A stretch of DNA of 64,000 bases from Podarcis cretensis (GCA_951804945.1 OX638154.1:79112001-79176000), one strand, 5' to 3'. Counted from the stretch's first letter, positions 49,097-62,404 are shown. Notes: generated by a model from the sequence alone, not told the origin. A program made the numbers and translations.

Positions 49097-50306
49097 GTGT
49101 GACTAAGGGGAGGGGACCTGCGTTTTTCAAACAGCAACCCTTGATGCCAGAGGAATCTTATAGGTGACTTTCACAAACATTTTAGGATTGCTGAAGGCCA
49201 TTGGAGGAGAAGCTGAAGCCAGGCAGCCCCACCCCACCAAGTGTCCATTTTGAGTTCCAGTGGAGAACTGCTTCTCTTGCAGTCTCAGGATGAGTGCTGT
49301 CATGATGGCAATTATGCAGCTACATAGGGTGCAGATCTCAGAGGGGCACAGTACTGACCTTTGAGGGGAATTTTTTAAATACAGATTAGTTTTTGTTCTA
49401 TCTTATACATTCCTGATAATATTTAACTTTTATTTTGCCGGCACGGCTTGCAGTTGGCTACTCCCATTGCTGGAGGAAATACACCACCGTGTCTGGATCC
49501 AACGCCAGCTGAGAACCCCCTAGCATTCCAGATGCTATTTATGTATCACATAAACACACTGTGTTGCATTTTAAGTGCTGTTTATGTTGGACTTTAATTG
49601 CTGTGAGCTGCTCTGGGAGTGACGTTTTGGCTGGAAACAGGATATTTGAATACCGGCGATCCTAATTGGAAGTTTGCTTTCCAAAGAAAAAAATAAAAAT
49701 AAAATCCTACCAGGCATACCCAAGCCCGTGGATGCATCTCAAGCAGGTCTTTGGATCTCAGCCGGGATGTGAATTGCAGTGGGATGCAATCTGGAGATGT
49801 TGTTCCCAGTCGAGCAAAGGGATTCATGCATAAAAGAAGCTTCTACGCCAGGATATCCCTTGCTGGATTAGGGTGTTTGCTTAAACCTTTTTCTTTCTTT
49901 CTTTTTGCCAGTGGCCAAATTGGAGAGACAACATTGGCGAGGCAACAGTTCCTGAACAGAATAGCAATCAGAGATGGTTGTGCGTGTATGTTCACCTACG
50001 CTCTCTCCAGATGGTATGATTACTCTGCCCTCTTGTTTTCCCTTTGCTTTATCAAGAGTGCAAAGTCAGGAGACTCTCCGCAGATAGCAGTGGATTGTGG
50101 AAGTTACTCCGAAAAAGACTGAAAGCCCCATAACTCATAGATGCAGTGAGGTGTGAGTGAAAGATGTTCTGCACTCACACTTAGGAATTCAGCTCATCAA
50201 TTACAGCCGACTGTCAAGATACTTTCAGGAGACATTCCAAAGGGTAATCTAGAAAATATGTTAGGATTTTTTTTTAATCTTCTTTTTCCAACCCAGCTAC
50301 ATTATG

Positions 50307-50307
<1 letters not shown>

Positions 50308-50348
<41 letters not shown>
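50308..50348. repeat. (AC)n microsatellite abutting a MITE end
   Basis: direct reading. Confidence 0.95.
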
Positions 50349-50349
<1 letters not shown>

Positions 50350-50588
50350 TGGTACCTCGGGTTAAGTACTTAATTTGTTCCGGAGGTCCGTACTTAACCT
50401 GAAACTGTTCTTAACCTGAAGCACCACTTTAGCTAATGGGGCCTCCTGCTGCCACTGCGCTGCCGGGGCACGATTTCTGTTCTCATCCTGAAGCAAAGTT
50501 CTTAACCTGAAGCACTATTTCTGGGTTAGCAGAGTCTGTAACCTGAAGCATATGTAACCTGAAGCGTATGTAACTTGAGGTACCACTG
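50347..50588 (-). mobile_element. pogo/Tigger-like MITE, family A copy 5 (opposite orientation)
   Basis: CATTGGTACCTCGG...GAGGTACCACTG; reverse complement of 509-750; TA sites replaced by (CA)n and TG(TA)n. Confidence 0.9.
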
Positions 50589-50821
50589 TGTATATATATA
50601 TCTCCACTGATGGTTTTCTTACTATCCAGATGGCTTCTGCATAGGGGCTGTAAAAATGATGGTTAGAGAGCTTTTTTTCCTCCTCTTGCTTCTCTTCTGA
50701 CAAAATGACCACAAATATTTTTATGCCATTTTGGTCACACAGTCGATATCCAGATGTTATTGTAATCTAAAAGCAATCTAATCATTAGGGCGACCACTCC
50801 ACCCCATTATAGGAGTCTTAG

Positions 50822-51057
50822 NNNNNNNNNNNNNNNNNNNNNNNNNNNNNNNNNNNNNNNNNNNNNNNNNNNNNNNNNNNNNNNNNNNNNNNNNNNNNNN
50901 NNNNNNNNNNNNNNNNNNNNNNNNNNNNNNNNNNNNNNNNNNNNNNNNNNNNNNNNNNNNNNNNNNNGAGGACGACCATCCCAGATAGAAGGAGTGTACC
51001 GTTCTTCGGTCAAGGATATACGATAGCTGCGCTCCCCTGCTAGAACCTCCAAACAAG
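50822..51057 (+). pseudogene. RN7SK: 7SK snRNA retrocopy, 3'-truncated and tailless; 5' part falls in the 146-N gap (50822-50967)
   Basis: 50968-51057 GAGGACGACCATCCC..GATAGA..TCTTCGGTCAAGG.TATACGA.TAGCTGCGCTCCCCTGCTAGAACCTCCAAACAAG matches vertebrate 7SK nt ~145-232; gap length matches the missing ~144 nt; 19-bp direct repeat CCCATTATAGGAGTCTTAG at 50803-50821 and 51058-51076. Confidence 0.88.
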
Positions 51058-52007
51058 CCCATTATAGGAGTCTTAGTCAATTAATTGCATGAGTTGGCTA
51101 TTCCATTAATTTAATAGTCCAATCTGCATAAATTCATGTGGGAGAATCAACAATGTGTTCTAAAGAAAAAAATAAAAATAAATAAATAAACCCTTTCTTT
51201 GGGTTGTAGCCAATGGTGGTCCTTATGCAGATGGTAGAAGTCTTTCTATTTGCAGAAGAGTCTTTGATCTTTGCTTATAGGAGGTGAGGTGATTTTCACT
51301 CATTTCTCCTGCAATTCTCCCACCAACTTCCAGGCTATTTTGGAGGGTCTCTGAACTCTTGAGGAAAGATTTTTAGGGGTCACTGGAGGAATGGGGAATA
51401 GGGGGGGGGGGATGCCTTCTCTCTGCTTCCATTAGTGGGGGCAACTACTGGATCAAAAGCCTGTTTGCAAATGGAAAGGATCTGTTTAATCCAACCCATT
51501 GTTTTCAGATAAGGAACATTGTTTGGATGTAGATTTTTAGTTTATTAAGCTGAATATTGTGCATGAGTATTGTGCATGTGTCCTCTGCCCTCCCTCCCTC
51601 CCTTCTTTGCAGGCCAGTTAGTCCAGGAAGTCTTCAGCTAACCATAGTTTTCCTGTTATGTCTCAACCAGTAAACTATGGTTGGAAGGATCTTAAAACGG
51701 CCATTTGAAGTTGGAGGAGAGGAGGGGCAGCATGAAGGTCGAGCGAATGGGCAAAAAGCTCATGCATACCTTGGCTTAATAAGTCAAGATGTGTACATCC
51801 AAGGCCGTTGTTTTACATCTTGTAGAAGCCGCTTTTTAATATGCAGAATGATTTCCTGCCTCAAGATTGACACTTCTTTCATTTCAAAAGCCCTGTAAAA
51901 CAGGCTTTCTTTTTTTGCCTCTCTTCTTTATTTTTCTTCTTTTTATCTTTCCTTTGGAGTCCTATGTCTGGGGCCTTTCTTCAGGTCCAGACATTGTATA
52001 CTCATGG

Positions 52008-52254
52008 TGTTAAGTTGTGGGTGAACATATCAGACGACACAGCGATTCTTCAAACAGCTCTTGTTTATTCACAGGCCAGAACAGAAATGAACTGAAGGGT
52101 TCAGTCAGCCTGCTTATATAGAGCTCCAGTACAACGTAACTGTAACAATTTTCTAAAACTATCCAATCACTGAACATCACTTTCGATCCCTTATTTGCAT
52201 AACTATCTACAGTATCCCCCTGCTGGCCCAGGGTGAGAACTTCAGTACATAACA
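52008..52254 (-). mobile_element. solo LTR (TGTTATGTACTGA family)
   Basis: TGTTA...TAACA ends; perfect TSD CATGG (52003-52007, 52255-52259); octamer ATTTGCAT, CCAAT, minus TATA (52114-52120) and AATAAA (52064-52069). Confidence 0.9.
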
Positions 52255-52408
52255 CATGGGGTGGTAGATGGAGGCCCCTGGGTGAGAGACAGGGAAATGA
52301 CGTACTCAGAGGGTGAGAGACTGGGAGGAGAAAGGAAAAAATCCAAGGTGAAAAGTGAGAGAAGCTACTGTCCTCAGTGGGTGACAATGGTCAAGCATTA
52401 CTTTTAGG

Positions 52409-52452
52409 TAGGGTTGCCATATTTTGAAGAGCAAAAAAGAGGACGCTATGAT

Positions 52453-52498
<46 letters not shown>

Positions 52499-53133
52499 TA
52501 TTTATACCCCGCATATCTGGCTGAGTTTCCCCAGCCACTCTGGGCAGCTTCCAATCAAGTGCTAAAAACAATACAGCATTAAATATTAAAAGCTTCCCTA
52601 AACAGGGCTGCCTTCAGATGTCTTTTAAAGAGAAGATAGCTGTTTATTTCCTTCACATCTGAAGGGAGGAGGTTCCACAGGGTGGGCGCCACTACTGAGA
52701 AGGCCCTCTGTCTGGTTCCCTGTAACCTCACTTCTCGCAATGTGGAAACTGCCAGAAGGCCTTCGGCGCTGGATCTCAGTGTCCGGGCTGAACAATGGGG
52801 GTGGAGACGCTCCTTCAGGTATACAGGACCGAGGCCATTTAGGGCTTTAAAGGTCAGCACCAACACTTTGAATTGTGCCCAGAAACGTACTGGGAGCCAA
52901 TGCAGATCTCTCAGGACTGGTGTTATGTGGTCCTGGCAGCCACTCCCAGTCACCAGTCTAGCTGCTGCATTCTGGATTAATTGCAGTTTCCAGGTCACCT
53001 TCAAAGGTAGCCCCACATAGAGTGCATTGCAGTAGTCCAAGCCATTCAAAGCAAATGAATGCAGTGTGTCTCAAATTTTACCCCTGAAAAAGAGGGTGTG
53101 TCCTGGAAAAAGAGGACACATGTGGCAGCCCTG
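52409..53133. mobile_element. hAT MITE (TAGGGTTGCC type) interrupted by L2
   Basis: TAGGGTTGCCA / TGGCAGCCCTG; TSD CTTTTAGG/CTTTTAAG; same family as 33850-33995. Confidence 0.8.
52456..53043 (-). mobile_element. L2 LINE 3' fragment with open ORF2 C-terminus
   Basis: LDYCNALYVGLP...LQLIQNAAARLVTG...HITPVLRDLHWLPV...RAFSVVAPTLWN...FKRHLKAALF (ORF 52579-53049); (AAT)n tail. Confidence 0.95.
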
Positions 53134-55336
53134 CTTTTAAGGGAGGACTTCATATTCAGCTTATTCCATTTGCATTTTGGGTAGCTGCTATTTTATTGAA
53201 TGATGAAAAAGTTTAATAAAAATCGCATTGCATATAAAAAAGCAGACTTTATGCTCTAAAATAAAGTTAGCTCCTCCCCACCCTTTCCTGTCATCAAAAC
53301 TTTGCTACATTTGTATGTTCACCGAGCAACCGAAGCAGCCATTGTGTCAGGATGGCAGCAGCGGCTGGGGTGGTGGAATTATTTCTGAAAATGTTACATC
53401 TGTATGTAGCCAAAGATGCCTCTGCTCTTTATGGAGCCATTGTAACTTTCCCATTGTAGTTTAATGAGTATGATATATGTGCCTGGCCTAGGTAGCATTT
53501 TATAACACCCAAACTGCACGTTTGTTCTGAGCTTTTGTGCTGAGAGGGAGAGTGATCAATTCCATAGACCTACTGGACCGGCTGCTGAGTGATCTATGAT
53601 GAAATGAGCAGGGAGAATACCCTTTTGCAGTGCCGCCAAAACTTCTTCTTTATTACCCCAGTTCCTCTGGAATCTAGTGCGAAACGGTTCCACAAATAAA
53701 GGGGAGATATAAGTCGAGGAACAAAATTCTCAGCTCAAGTTCTGAATTCCCAGAGTTGAAAAGCATGGGATATGCATCCTAATTCTGAATGAGAATACTA
53801 TAAAATTATGTGTGTGTGTACATGTATACTCGAGGCTACTGCCCCAGCTTGCTCAATTTGAGAATACTGATCCCGGCACAGTTAAAATATCTTGGATTAT
53901 GAATATCTTCCATCCAGAGCTTAAAAATCAAAGCTCTGCTCCTCCTTTCTGAACAGCCTCCATTAGCCTGAGGCTGTCTTTCTGGAGAGAGAATGAGCTC
54001 ATCCTTTCTCTTCAGTAGCTTCAGAACAAAGAGCTAACACACCCAAGATGCAGACCTGCAGATTAGCATATGCATAGACTTTTAACAGTACATTTTTTCG
54101 TGTGATTGAGCCAGCAGAGATACAGCCCCTGTTAGGCTCTCTGCAACTCTTGTTTAGCTTCAGTGGAAGTTTCCATGCCGGCTGCGCTGTCTACAAACAG
54201 GCACATACAGAGTTATTTTCCATTTCAATGTACAATTAAACAATTACTGTATACTTAGCAGCTGCTGTAGAGTCCTACTGCTCTGTGTTCTGTAGGTGAT
54301 GGTAGCTCTGCACTGGACTATTCAGTTGTGGGTTTAATACTGGCCTCAAAGGTGGGGCATTTAGATGTTGGCAAACCAGTCTTTCCAGGAACTGCTGGGG
54401 GGTGCCAGGCATATGGACTCTGTTACAGACCTCCCATCACATCTAGCGAATAGTGGGAAAGGCCACGATAACACCAGTCTGCAGCGAGAGAGCCATAGCA
54501 TCCATATCAATTGGACAGCCTGACGACAGTGCTGGAAGGCATTTGACCTATGTCAGGGACAATTAGAGAAGCTGTTCCATGCTGTGCTGGTAAATTGTCC
54601 TTGCGGGCTGCAGTGAAGGTCTAAATGAGACTTTAACTGGTGGACAATCTTAATTTGTTGCAAACTAAGTGGATACAGGTGCGTTGACAGCACTGCACAT
54701 TCATTGCACAAAAGCATGGGACATCCATAATGATTTGTGTGTGGACAACTTGATTCAATTCACTGTTTAGTACATCTGGGGCTGCAAATTGCCTCTCTAT
54801 TTGTGTTCAGCATCCGCATCCCAGTGCAGATGGCATTTTCAGGCTCCCCCCCCCCCCGAAGGTTTCTTGTACTTTAAGGAATATTTTGACTCATTGTCTC
54901 TGCCCCAAAAGATTTCCTTTGTAAATCCTTGCTATTTCCCCCCGCATCTTCTTCTTAGCAGCTTTTGTTTATTTGTGGCAAGGAATTCTCCTGATGAAAA
55001 TGATCGTTTCTTCATTTTTTAAAAAAACTAATCTACCAGCATTATAGCCAGGCCAGATTGACAGGTAGGCTTTTCCCTGGACTCCAAAAGATCTTAAAAT
55101 GCTATATAGCTAAAACACAATGGTGGAAACAAGTGTCAGCAAAGCAAAACAGCATGGAGAAGCCTGCAATGGCTGAAATAAATTGTAATGTTTTCATAGG
55201 AGGGAGCTAGTAAAGGGGTGGGGGCAGGGGGTATCTATGCATGCTATCCAGCCAAAAAATACAGAGCCTCTTTACATAGCTTTGGGACTTCTCCAGGGCA
55301 AACCCCTTTCTCAGCTACACAGCCTACTGAACCTTG

Positions 55337-55831
55337 TGTCAGGAACTGGCTGGATGAAAAGGAGTGGTAGGAGGCATCAGCCAGAGAACCCCCTAGGGGA
55401 GCCTCAGGGGACAAAGGCTCATCGCTTGGGGAGTGGTGGGTGGTGAGACAGCTCAAAGGATGAAGTGAGGGGGTGGGCAGAATGGTTGGATGCTGAACAA
55501 GCAACAGGCTTGAGTGAGAGAGAGGAGCCAGATGCAGAAAGCAATGCAGACCCAGGACATGAAGCAGAGAAGGCTGCAACAGATTCACAGAAGCTTGCAG
55601 GTCTTACGGTAATCAGCTCTCCAAGAGCACGGAGGGCTTTGCATGTAGCAGAGAGCATAGAGTTTAAGACTGCTGGACGGGGAGGAGATTTAGTGGAAAG
55701 TAGGAGACACAGATAATCAGTTCTGGCAATTGTTTTACTGGGACCTTTCTTGCCTGTAGGTTTCTTGGTTTGTATTTTGTTTCCTTGAATAAAGAATGAA
55801 ATTTACTCCTTGTCTGGCACCCTGCCTTACA
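55337..55831 (+). mobile_element. solo LTR, TGTCAGGGACTGG family (right end uncertain)
   Basis: TGTCAGGAACTGGCTGGATGAAAAGG start, clear similarity to 40012-40600, AATAAA near 55788. Confidence 0.7.
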
Positions 55832-55922
55832 TCTTCCTTGAGTGTTTCTGCCTGGCTGGAATGTACCCTTGAACTCTGATAATATCTCTTTCTTCCCTGA
55901 ATGGAGAGTTGAGTGGGTGTGT

Positions 55923-56146
55923 GTTTGGATTTGATATCCCGCCTTTCACTCCCCTTCAGGAGTCTCAAAGCAGCTAACGCTCACCTTTCCCTTCCTCCCC
56001 CACAACAAACACTCTGTGAGGTGAGTGGGGCTGAGAGACTTCAAAGAAGTGTGACTGGCCCAAGGTCAACCAGCAGCTGCATGTGGAGGAGCGGGGAAGC
56101 GAACCCGGTTCCCCAGATTACAAGACTTAACCACTACACCACACTG
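55923..56146 (-). mobile_element. Squam3-like SINE
   Basis: reverse complement of 39457-39710. Confidence 0.88.
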
Positions 56147-56636
56147 TGTGTGTGTGTGTGGGGGGGGGGGGGGTTGTAGAAACTAGTCTTGTTAACAAAG
56201 GTAAACTTTGCCACCCACATTTGCCTCTGGCCCTGCCCACCACTGGAATGTGGCCGCCAGAATATTTCCTAGAAGCACATGTAGTCCTTAGGCTGGAAAA
56301 AAGTACCTCATGTCATATGTTCCATTGATTCCAGTGACTCCTGTTAAAATAAATGGGGCTCAACTTTGGCTCAAACATGGCCAATATTTATAACTGGTAA
56401 ATGTAAAGCAATGGCCTTCCCACTTTCTACCTGCATTGATGAAGCCCTTGTGCCCTGTAGAAGATTCTGCAGAGTGTTTTAGACTGAACGCTTGGTCCAT
56501 GCAAAGTCTCATTGTCGTTTCCAACTGACCTGACTGTGTCCTAGTACTCCTGAATGCTCTCCTGGGGGCTGCACATTGTGATGGAGGGTTAAGCTGTCAT
56601 TCTGGGAAGCTTTTATGTTATTTCTGCTCTTGAGGT

Positions 56637-57113
56637 GTTGTTGTTTAGTCATTTAGTCATGTCCGACTCTTCATGACCCCCTGGACCAGAGCACGCCAGG
56701 CACTTCTGTCTTCCACTGCCTCCTGCAGTTTGGTCAAACTCATGCTGGTAGCTTCAAGAATGCTATCCAACCATCTCGTCCTCTGTCATCCCCTTCTCCT
56801 TGTGCCCTCCATCTTTCCCAACATCAGGGTCTTTTCTAGGGAGTCTTCTCTTCTCATGAGGTGGCCAAAGTATTGGAGCCTCAGCTTCACGATCTGTCCT
56901 TCCAGTGAGCACTCAGGGCTGATTTCCTTAAGAATGGATACGTTTGATCTTCTTGCAGTCCATGTGTCTCTCAAGAGTCTCCTCCAGCACCATAATTCAA
57001 AGGCATCAATTCTTCGGCGATCAGCCTTCTTTATGGTCCAGCTCTCACTTCCATACATCACTACTGGGAAAACCATAGCTTTAACTATACAGACTTTTGT
57101 TGGCAAGATGATG
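56637..57113 (-). mobile_element. RTE-BovB, 5'-truncated
   Basis: KAMVFPVVMYGSESWTIKKADRRRIDAFELWCWRRLLR...; TSD TCTTGAGGT (56628-56636, 57114-57122). Confidence 0.95.
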
Positions 57114-57954
57114 TCTTGAGGTATCCATGATAGTATAAATACAGGGTCAGTCCTACTGCTAGGCTGAATGAGGGAGGTGGCTCAGGCAGTTGGTATTAGG
57201 GAGGTGGCAGAAGTCCTCCCACATAAGCTGAGTTCCCTAAGCTCACTTGCTCTGAACCTTCTAAGGTAACCTGCTGTCCGCAGGCACGGCAGAGAATTTT
57301 GTCCTGTTTCTAACATTGAAGTAGGATTCAGCTGCCAGTCTGGTTGGATTCTATGTGTGGAACAGGGAGGGTGCCATTTTGCCTTTCACCTCAGGCACCA
57401 AAATGTCTTGGTCCAGCTCCATATTGACATGTAAAATCAAACCCCCAAAACCATCAACATTGTTTCTGATATAATGAATTGGCCTTGCTTTGCGCCAGCT
57501 ATTTTCTATGCCTCTTTCCAGGCTTCCTCTTCTGTGCAGCCTTGGGCTCTGGCTGCTCCTATAACTGTGTTGGCAAGGCCCGATACGTGATAAACCACCC
57601 TGCAACAATCTGGATTTATTGAAAGAGGATTCCTGTGGCCTGCATTGTTCCACTTAGTGCCAGAATGAATGAGTTGCTACTGGACTCCACCACCTGTCAG
57701 CTGTAGCCAGCATGGTGAATGGCTGGGAATGAAGGGAGCCATAGTTCAATACCATTTGGAGGGCTGCACCTTCAGCACCTTCATTCACATAACCGCCTGT
57801 CTCCACCTCAACAGGTGCTCATGGCTGTGTGTGCAAACTGTGCCATCCAGGGCAGGTTATGGAGCCAGGAGTCTGTTCACTAAAGCTCATGTTACTTGAT
57901 GAAACCCATCTGGGCCATTGGGAAGTATGTGTAGCCCTACCATTAGCTGGTACA

Positions 57955-58309
57955 GGGACGCCGGTGGCGCTGTGGGTTAAACCACAGAGCCTAGGGCTTG
58001 CTGATCAGAAGGTCGGCGGTTCGAATCCCTGCGATGGGGTGAGCTCCCGTTGCTCGGTCCCAGCTCCTGCCAACCTAGCAGTTCGAAAGCACCTCAAAGT
58101 GCAAGTAGATAAATAGGTACCGCTCCAGCGGGAAGGTAAACGGCGTTTCTCTGTGCTGCTCTGGTTCGCCAGAAGCGGCTTAGTCATGCTGGCCACATGA
58201 CCCGGAAACTGTACGCCGGCTCCCTCGGCCAATAAAGCGAGATGAGCACCGCAACCCCAGAGTCGGCCACGACTGGACCTAATGGTCAGGGTTCCCTTTA
58301 CCTTTACCT
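57955..58309 (+). mobile_element. Sauria SINE, full length
   Basis: canonical head and (ACCTTT)n tail; 13-bp TSD TACCATTAGCTGG. Confidence 0.95.
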
Positions 58310-59680
58310 TACCATTAGCTGGAGGTGCTATTTGCACCTGTAGCCATGGTTGTACACTGAGCAGGGGTAAAGATACCGCTGCTAAGCACTATGGGACTGG
58401 ATCTACACTGACCTATTTAATGCTATTTCCCCCCTCTTAGAATGATATTAGATATGTTGCTCTAAAAGTCATAGGGCATACTTGTTAACTAAAATGTTAA
58501 CAAAGGCTTTTCCCGTCAAATGTAAGTAATAACCAGCCACACCACTTTCCAAAATGCTGTTTCTTTCTTGCTGCTGGTTGCTGGTTGCTCTGCTCCACCC
58601 TCTGGTGTCGCATTTTAATTCTTCCTCCCTCCCTTCCCTTTCTAAGTGTGTATCGTGACGTATAAATGAGCATGTAAATCTGTGATCTCTTTTTGCCCTC
58701 TTTTTTTCCTGGCACTGTGTAACTGTCCTTATGGCGCTGCCAACGCCGCTGCGTTGTCTGATACGACGATAAGGTCGTGTAAAAGCCCTTTCTTAAGGGT
58801 GCAGAGCCGTGTCCTGCTTTTAATATACGCTTTGCACCGGAAACCTTTTCAAAACACATTTAATTAAAACGGGGCTTGGGAGACCTCAAGCTCTTCTCTT
58901 GCTCATCCTGCTTGCTTTCTTGCCCACAGCAGAGAGACACAATGGCTTGTCCTGATTTATGACAGCCGAACGAGGCACCAGAAGAGGAAGCTCCCTTTTT
59001 ATAGCTTGTTTAAGGGTCGCCTTCTCTAAAGTCAACGCATGTTCCCAAGCATGAAAAAGAGAATGTGGCGGTGGTGGTGAAGAGGAGGGGACAGAGTCGG
59101 GAATATGGGAGGGGAAAAAACAAATAAAAGAACTGTGCACCATTTTCCTTTTATTATTTGTTGCTGGTCTCTACGATGTTCCCTCAGGGCACACAAAGCT
59201 GATTTCACTGTAAGATTAGAAGACTTGCCGAGTGCAAAGTTGTCTGCCTGGCAGGAAGTTGCGAGGCAGGATTTCTTCAGTCGTTCCACAGCGCCACACC
59301 AGGGATTCCTTCCTTGCCTTTGTGCTGCTTCGCTTTGGTGGCTGTGGTCTCCTCTGATGTTTCGGCACAGCGCAGAGGTGATTCATTTGGCTAGATGGTA
59401 ACCCTCAAGCTCTTAGCTCTTGGCAGTTTCTCATTAGTGTGCCAAAGTTTGCGGGAGAACTAGTGTGCTTCCTTCCGCCTCTTGCTCTCTTCTGAGGAAC
59501 ATACAATACCATCTTTCTGCATTTTTCATGACGCACACAGATACTTGCAATGACAGACACAGTTAAGCACTTTAAAGTCTCCTTGATTTCAATGGCATGT
59601 TCTTTACTCCCCAGTTGCTATGGATGGGATTTAACAGGGCTTAATTGGGGCTAGATTGGGCCCATTTTTGCATTTTTATG

Positions 59681-59920
59681 CAGTGTGGTGTATTGGTTAA
59701 GAGCAATGAACTCGTAATCTGGTGAACTGGGTTCGCGTCCCAGCTTCTCCACATGCAGCTGCTGGGTGACCTTGGGCTAGTCACACTTCTCTGAAGTCTC
59801 TCAGCCTCACTCACCTCACAGAGTGTTTGTTGTGGGGGAGGAAGGGCAAGGAGATTGTTAGCTGCTTTGAGACTCCTTAGGGTAGTGATAAAGTGGGATA
59901 TCAAATCCAAAACTCTCTCT
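59681..59920 (+). mobile_element. Squam3-like SINE
   Basis: CAGTGTGGTGTATTGGTTAAGAG...GGATATCAAATCCAAAACTCTCT. Confidence 0.88.
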
Positions 59921-61903
59921 AAAAGCTCCCTTGTTCCATCCCCAGCATCTTCAGCTTGGACTTGGAGAGACCCCTGTAGCTCAGAGGTGTTGCGTCCTTT
60001 CCTGGTGCAGAAGGTCAACAGAACCCACCACACCAGCCCCGTCCTCACTACCAACGCCGCTGGGTACACGCACATGGGGTGTGGAGGGTTTATGGAGCTT
60101 GCCTGCCAGCTCAGTCCTGGCCACCGGAACCTTATTGCACCCCTGCCCACCGTGCAGCGAGCAGCTTGGTCGGCCAATGCTGCCCTTTGTGGGCAAATCT
60201 CTCCCCTCCCAATGCTGGCCAGGCAGCTATTCAGCGAGGGGGTTGGAGATGCGGCGGCAAGGCCAGGCCAGGCTTTGGGGCCCAGACCCCTGGTGGCAGA
60301 ATGGGGATCCCTGCATGGGGATGGTTGGCTCGTGCCCCCTAAAATTTGTGTGTCTGAGGCTACAGCCCCCAGACTTTCCCCCGCTTTGCTCCTGCTGTAG
60401 CTGCAACCCTTGGGAGCTACTTCCAGTCAGTGTTGACAAGCTTCCGTAGTTTGGAGTTGGCGTCTATGGATCTCTCTGCCTTAACTACACAATATGTTGT
60501 GCCTGCTTAAAACGTTTTTCTTTAGGCATGCCAACCCAGACTTGCATAAGTTTTATGAGCTTTAAACTTGATTTTAATTAGTTTTTAAATGTGTGGTTTT
60601 TTAAAAATAATAATAATACAGTGGGGATTATGGAATAGCTGACAAAATGCCACTCCGCTTGCCATGCTGGCATTTTTCCATGGGTCAGAGCAGTGACCTG
60701 GCACACTGACCATAACTTCCACCCCAATTGCTTATTGGTAGCCTTCTGGCCCACAGAACTGGCCTTTAACTATTTCCATGGGTAGATCTGGAAATTATTT
60801 TAAACAGCACAGACTGGCTGTTGGTAAGCTAATGGCTATTAGCAACAGCAAATAAATTGGCTAGGTGTTTTGTGTTGTTTTAACAGCTTCGCCAGACAGC
60901 TGCCTTGGATTGAGACAATATTCCGTAACTCTGTTTACCAGGTTACTCTTTCAGCTTGCCATTTACTTTATGTCTGTGTCAGGAGAGCAAATTTTTATTG
61001 ACTCTGATCCACGGCTCAGGGACTCAATTCCCTATTGTTATTAGAAATGCAGAAGGCTGTTCCTTTAAAAACACACACCATTGAAAGACGTATTTGTTTG
61101 GCTTGGCTTATTAATATTTGATTCCAGTTATTTTCTACTGTGACTTTGTTCGGTGCCCTGGAATGTCTGCACAAAGGACACTTTATAATGCAAATGTTGA
61201 TTTGATTGAAAGTTCTCAGGGAAACCAGATGCGGGCGTTTTTGTTTTTGTTTTTGGAATTGATTGCAGTGCCATGCGTCCTTAAGGAAAGCTACAATAGG
61301 CAAAACAATGAGAAAGGTTGTTGTTCTGGAGATTCTATCCTTGCTTTTGTTTGGGAGTTCTATCATGCGAATAGAAGCTGATTCTCATTCATCCCCCATT
61401 TCTTCCCATTGTGTGGGCCTGTTGTACCCTTCATTTATCTACTTGCCTCAGAGATTAGCTACTTCATTTTGCTACAGGTGCTTCCCAGTGTCATAGCGAG
61501 GAGCAACCATAGCAAGACAACCCTAAAACAATAGGTGCTCCATTAAAAAAAAAAAAAAGTACTTCCTATTGCAAGGGTTTTTGAACTACCACTGCTGTGA
61601 TCTATGCAAGGAACCTCCCTGCTGCGCAAATCTTAGTAGCCTAGGTGGATTTGCAATGCTTGCAATTGCCTTTTCCCAATTCCGCCAGATGAAAGTATTG
61701 TTGATAGAGTGATCGGTTCACAGAATCTGCACACCTGTCATCACACCTGGTGGAAGCAAGCATTTGGAAGCAACGGAAAGCAGCACAGTCAATGTACTCT
61801 TACTGAAGAAACTTTCCTGAATAAATTAATTGGTGGAACTAAAAAGTAAATAAAAATCCATGCCTTAGTCTTGGAGTTGAGAATTAGGTCTCATCACTTC
61901 AAT

Positions 61904-62404
61904 GTTGTTGTTGTTGTTGTTTAGTCGTGTCCGAGTCTTCGTGACCCCATGGACCAGAGCACGCCAGGCACTCCTGTCTTCCACTGCCTCCCGCAGTTTG
62001 GTCAAACTCATGCTGGTAGCTTTGAGAACACTGTCCAGCCATCTCGTCCTCTGTCGTCCCCTTCTCCTTGTGCCCTCCATCTTTCCCAACATCAGGGTCT
62101 TTTCCAGGGAGTCTTCTCTTCTCATGAGGTGGCCAAATATTGGAGCCTCAGCTTCAGGATCTGTCCTTCCAGTGAGCACTCAGGGCTGATTTCCATCAGA
62201 ATGGATAGGTCTGATCTTCTTGCAGTCCATGGGTCTCTCAAGAGTCTCCTCCAGCACCATAATTCAAAAGCATCAATTCTTCAGCAATCAGCCAAACTCT
62301 CCACTATGACCTCTTCATCTTGGGTGCCCTGCACGGCATAGTTCATGGCTTCTCTGAGTTATTCATGTCCCTTTGCCATGGCAAGGCAGTGATCCATGAA
62401 GGGG
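61904..62404 (-). mobile_element. internally deleted BovB: 5' end (62293-62404) fused to 3' end (61904-62292)
   Basis: minus strand starts CCCCTTCATGGATCACTGCCTTGCCATGGCAAAGGGAC...GCCGTGCAGGGCACCCAAGATG (BovB 5' terminus) then jumps to GGCTGATTGCTGAAGAATTGATGC (ORF2 3' part); 11-bp TSD ATCACTTCAAT (61893-61903, 62405-62415). Confidence 0.85.

Noticed and set aside
50822-51057. Functional 7SK gene
   Set aside because: Lacks the last ~100 nt including the 3' hairpin and T-run, is flanked by a TSD, and has no evident PSE upstream
59641-60449. Long overlapping ORFs of 172-181 aa
   Set aside because: They begin or end in a SINE and run through GC-rich sequence open in several frames; no homology recognised
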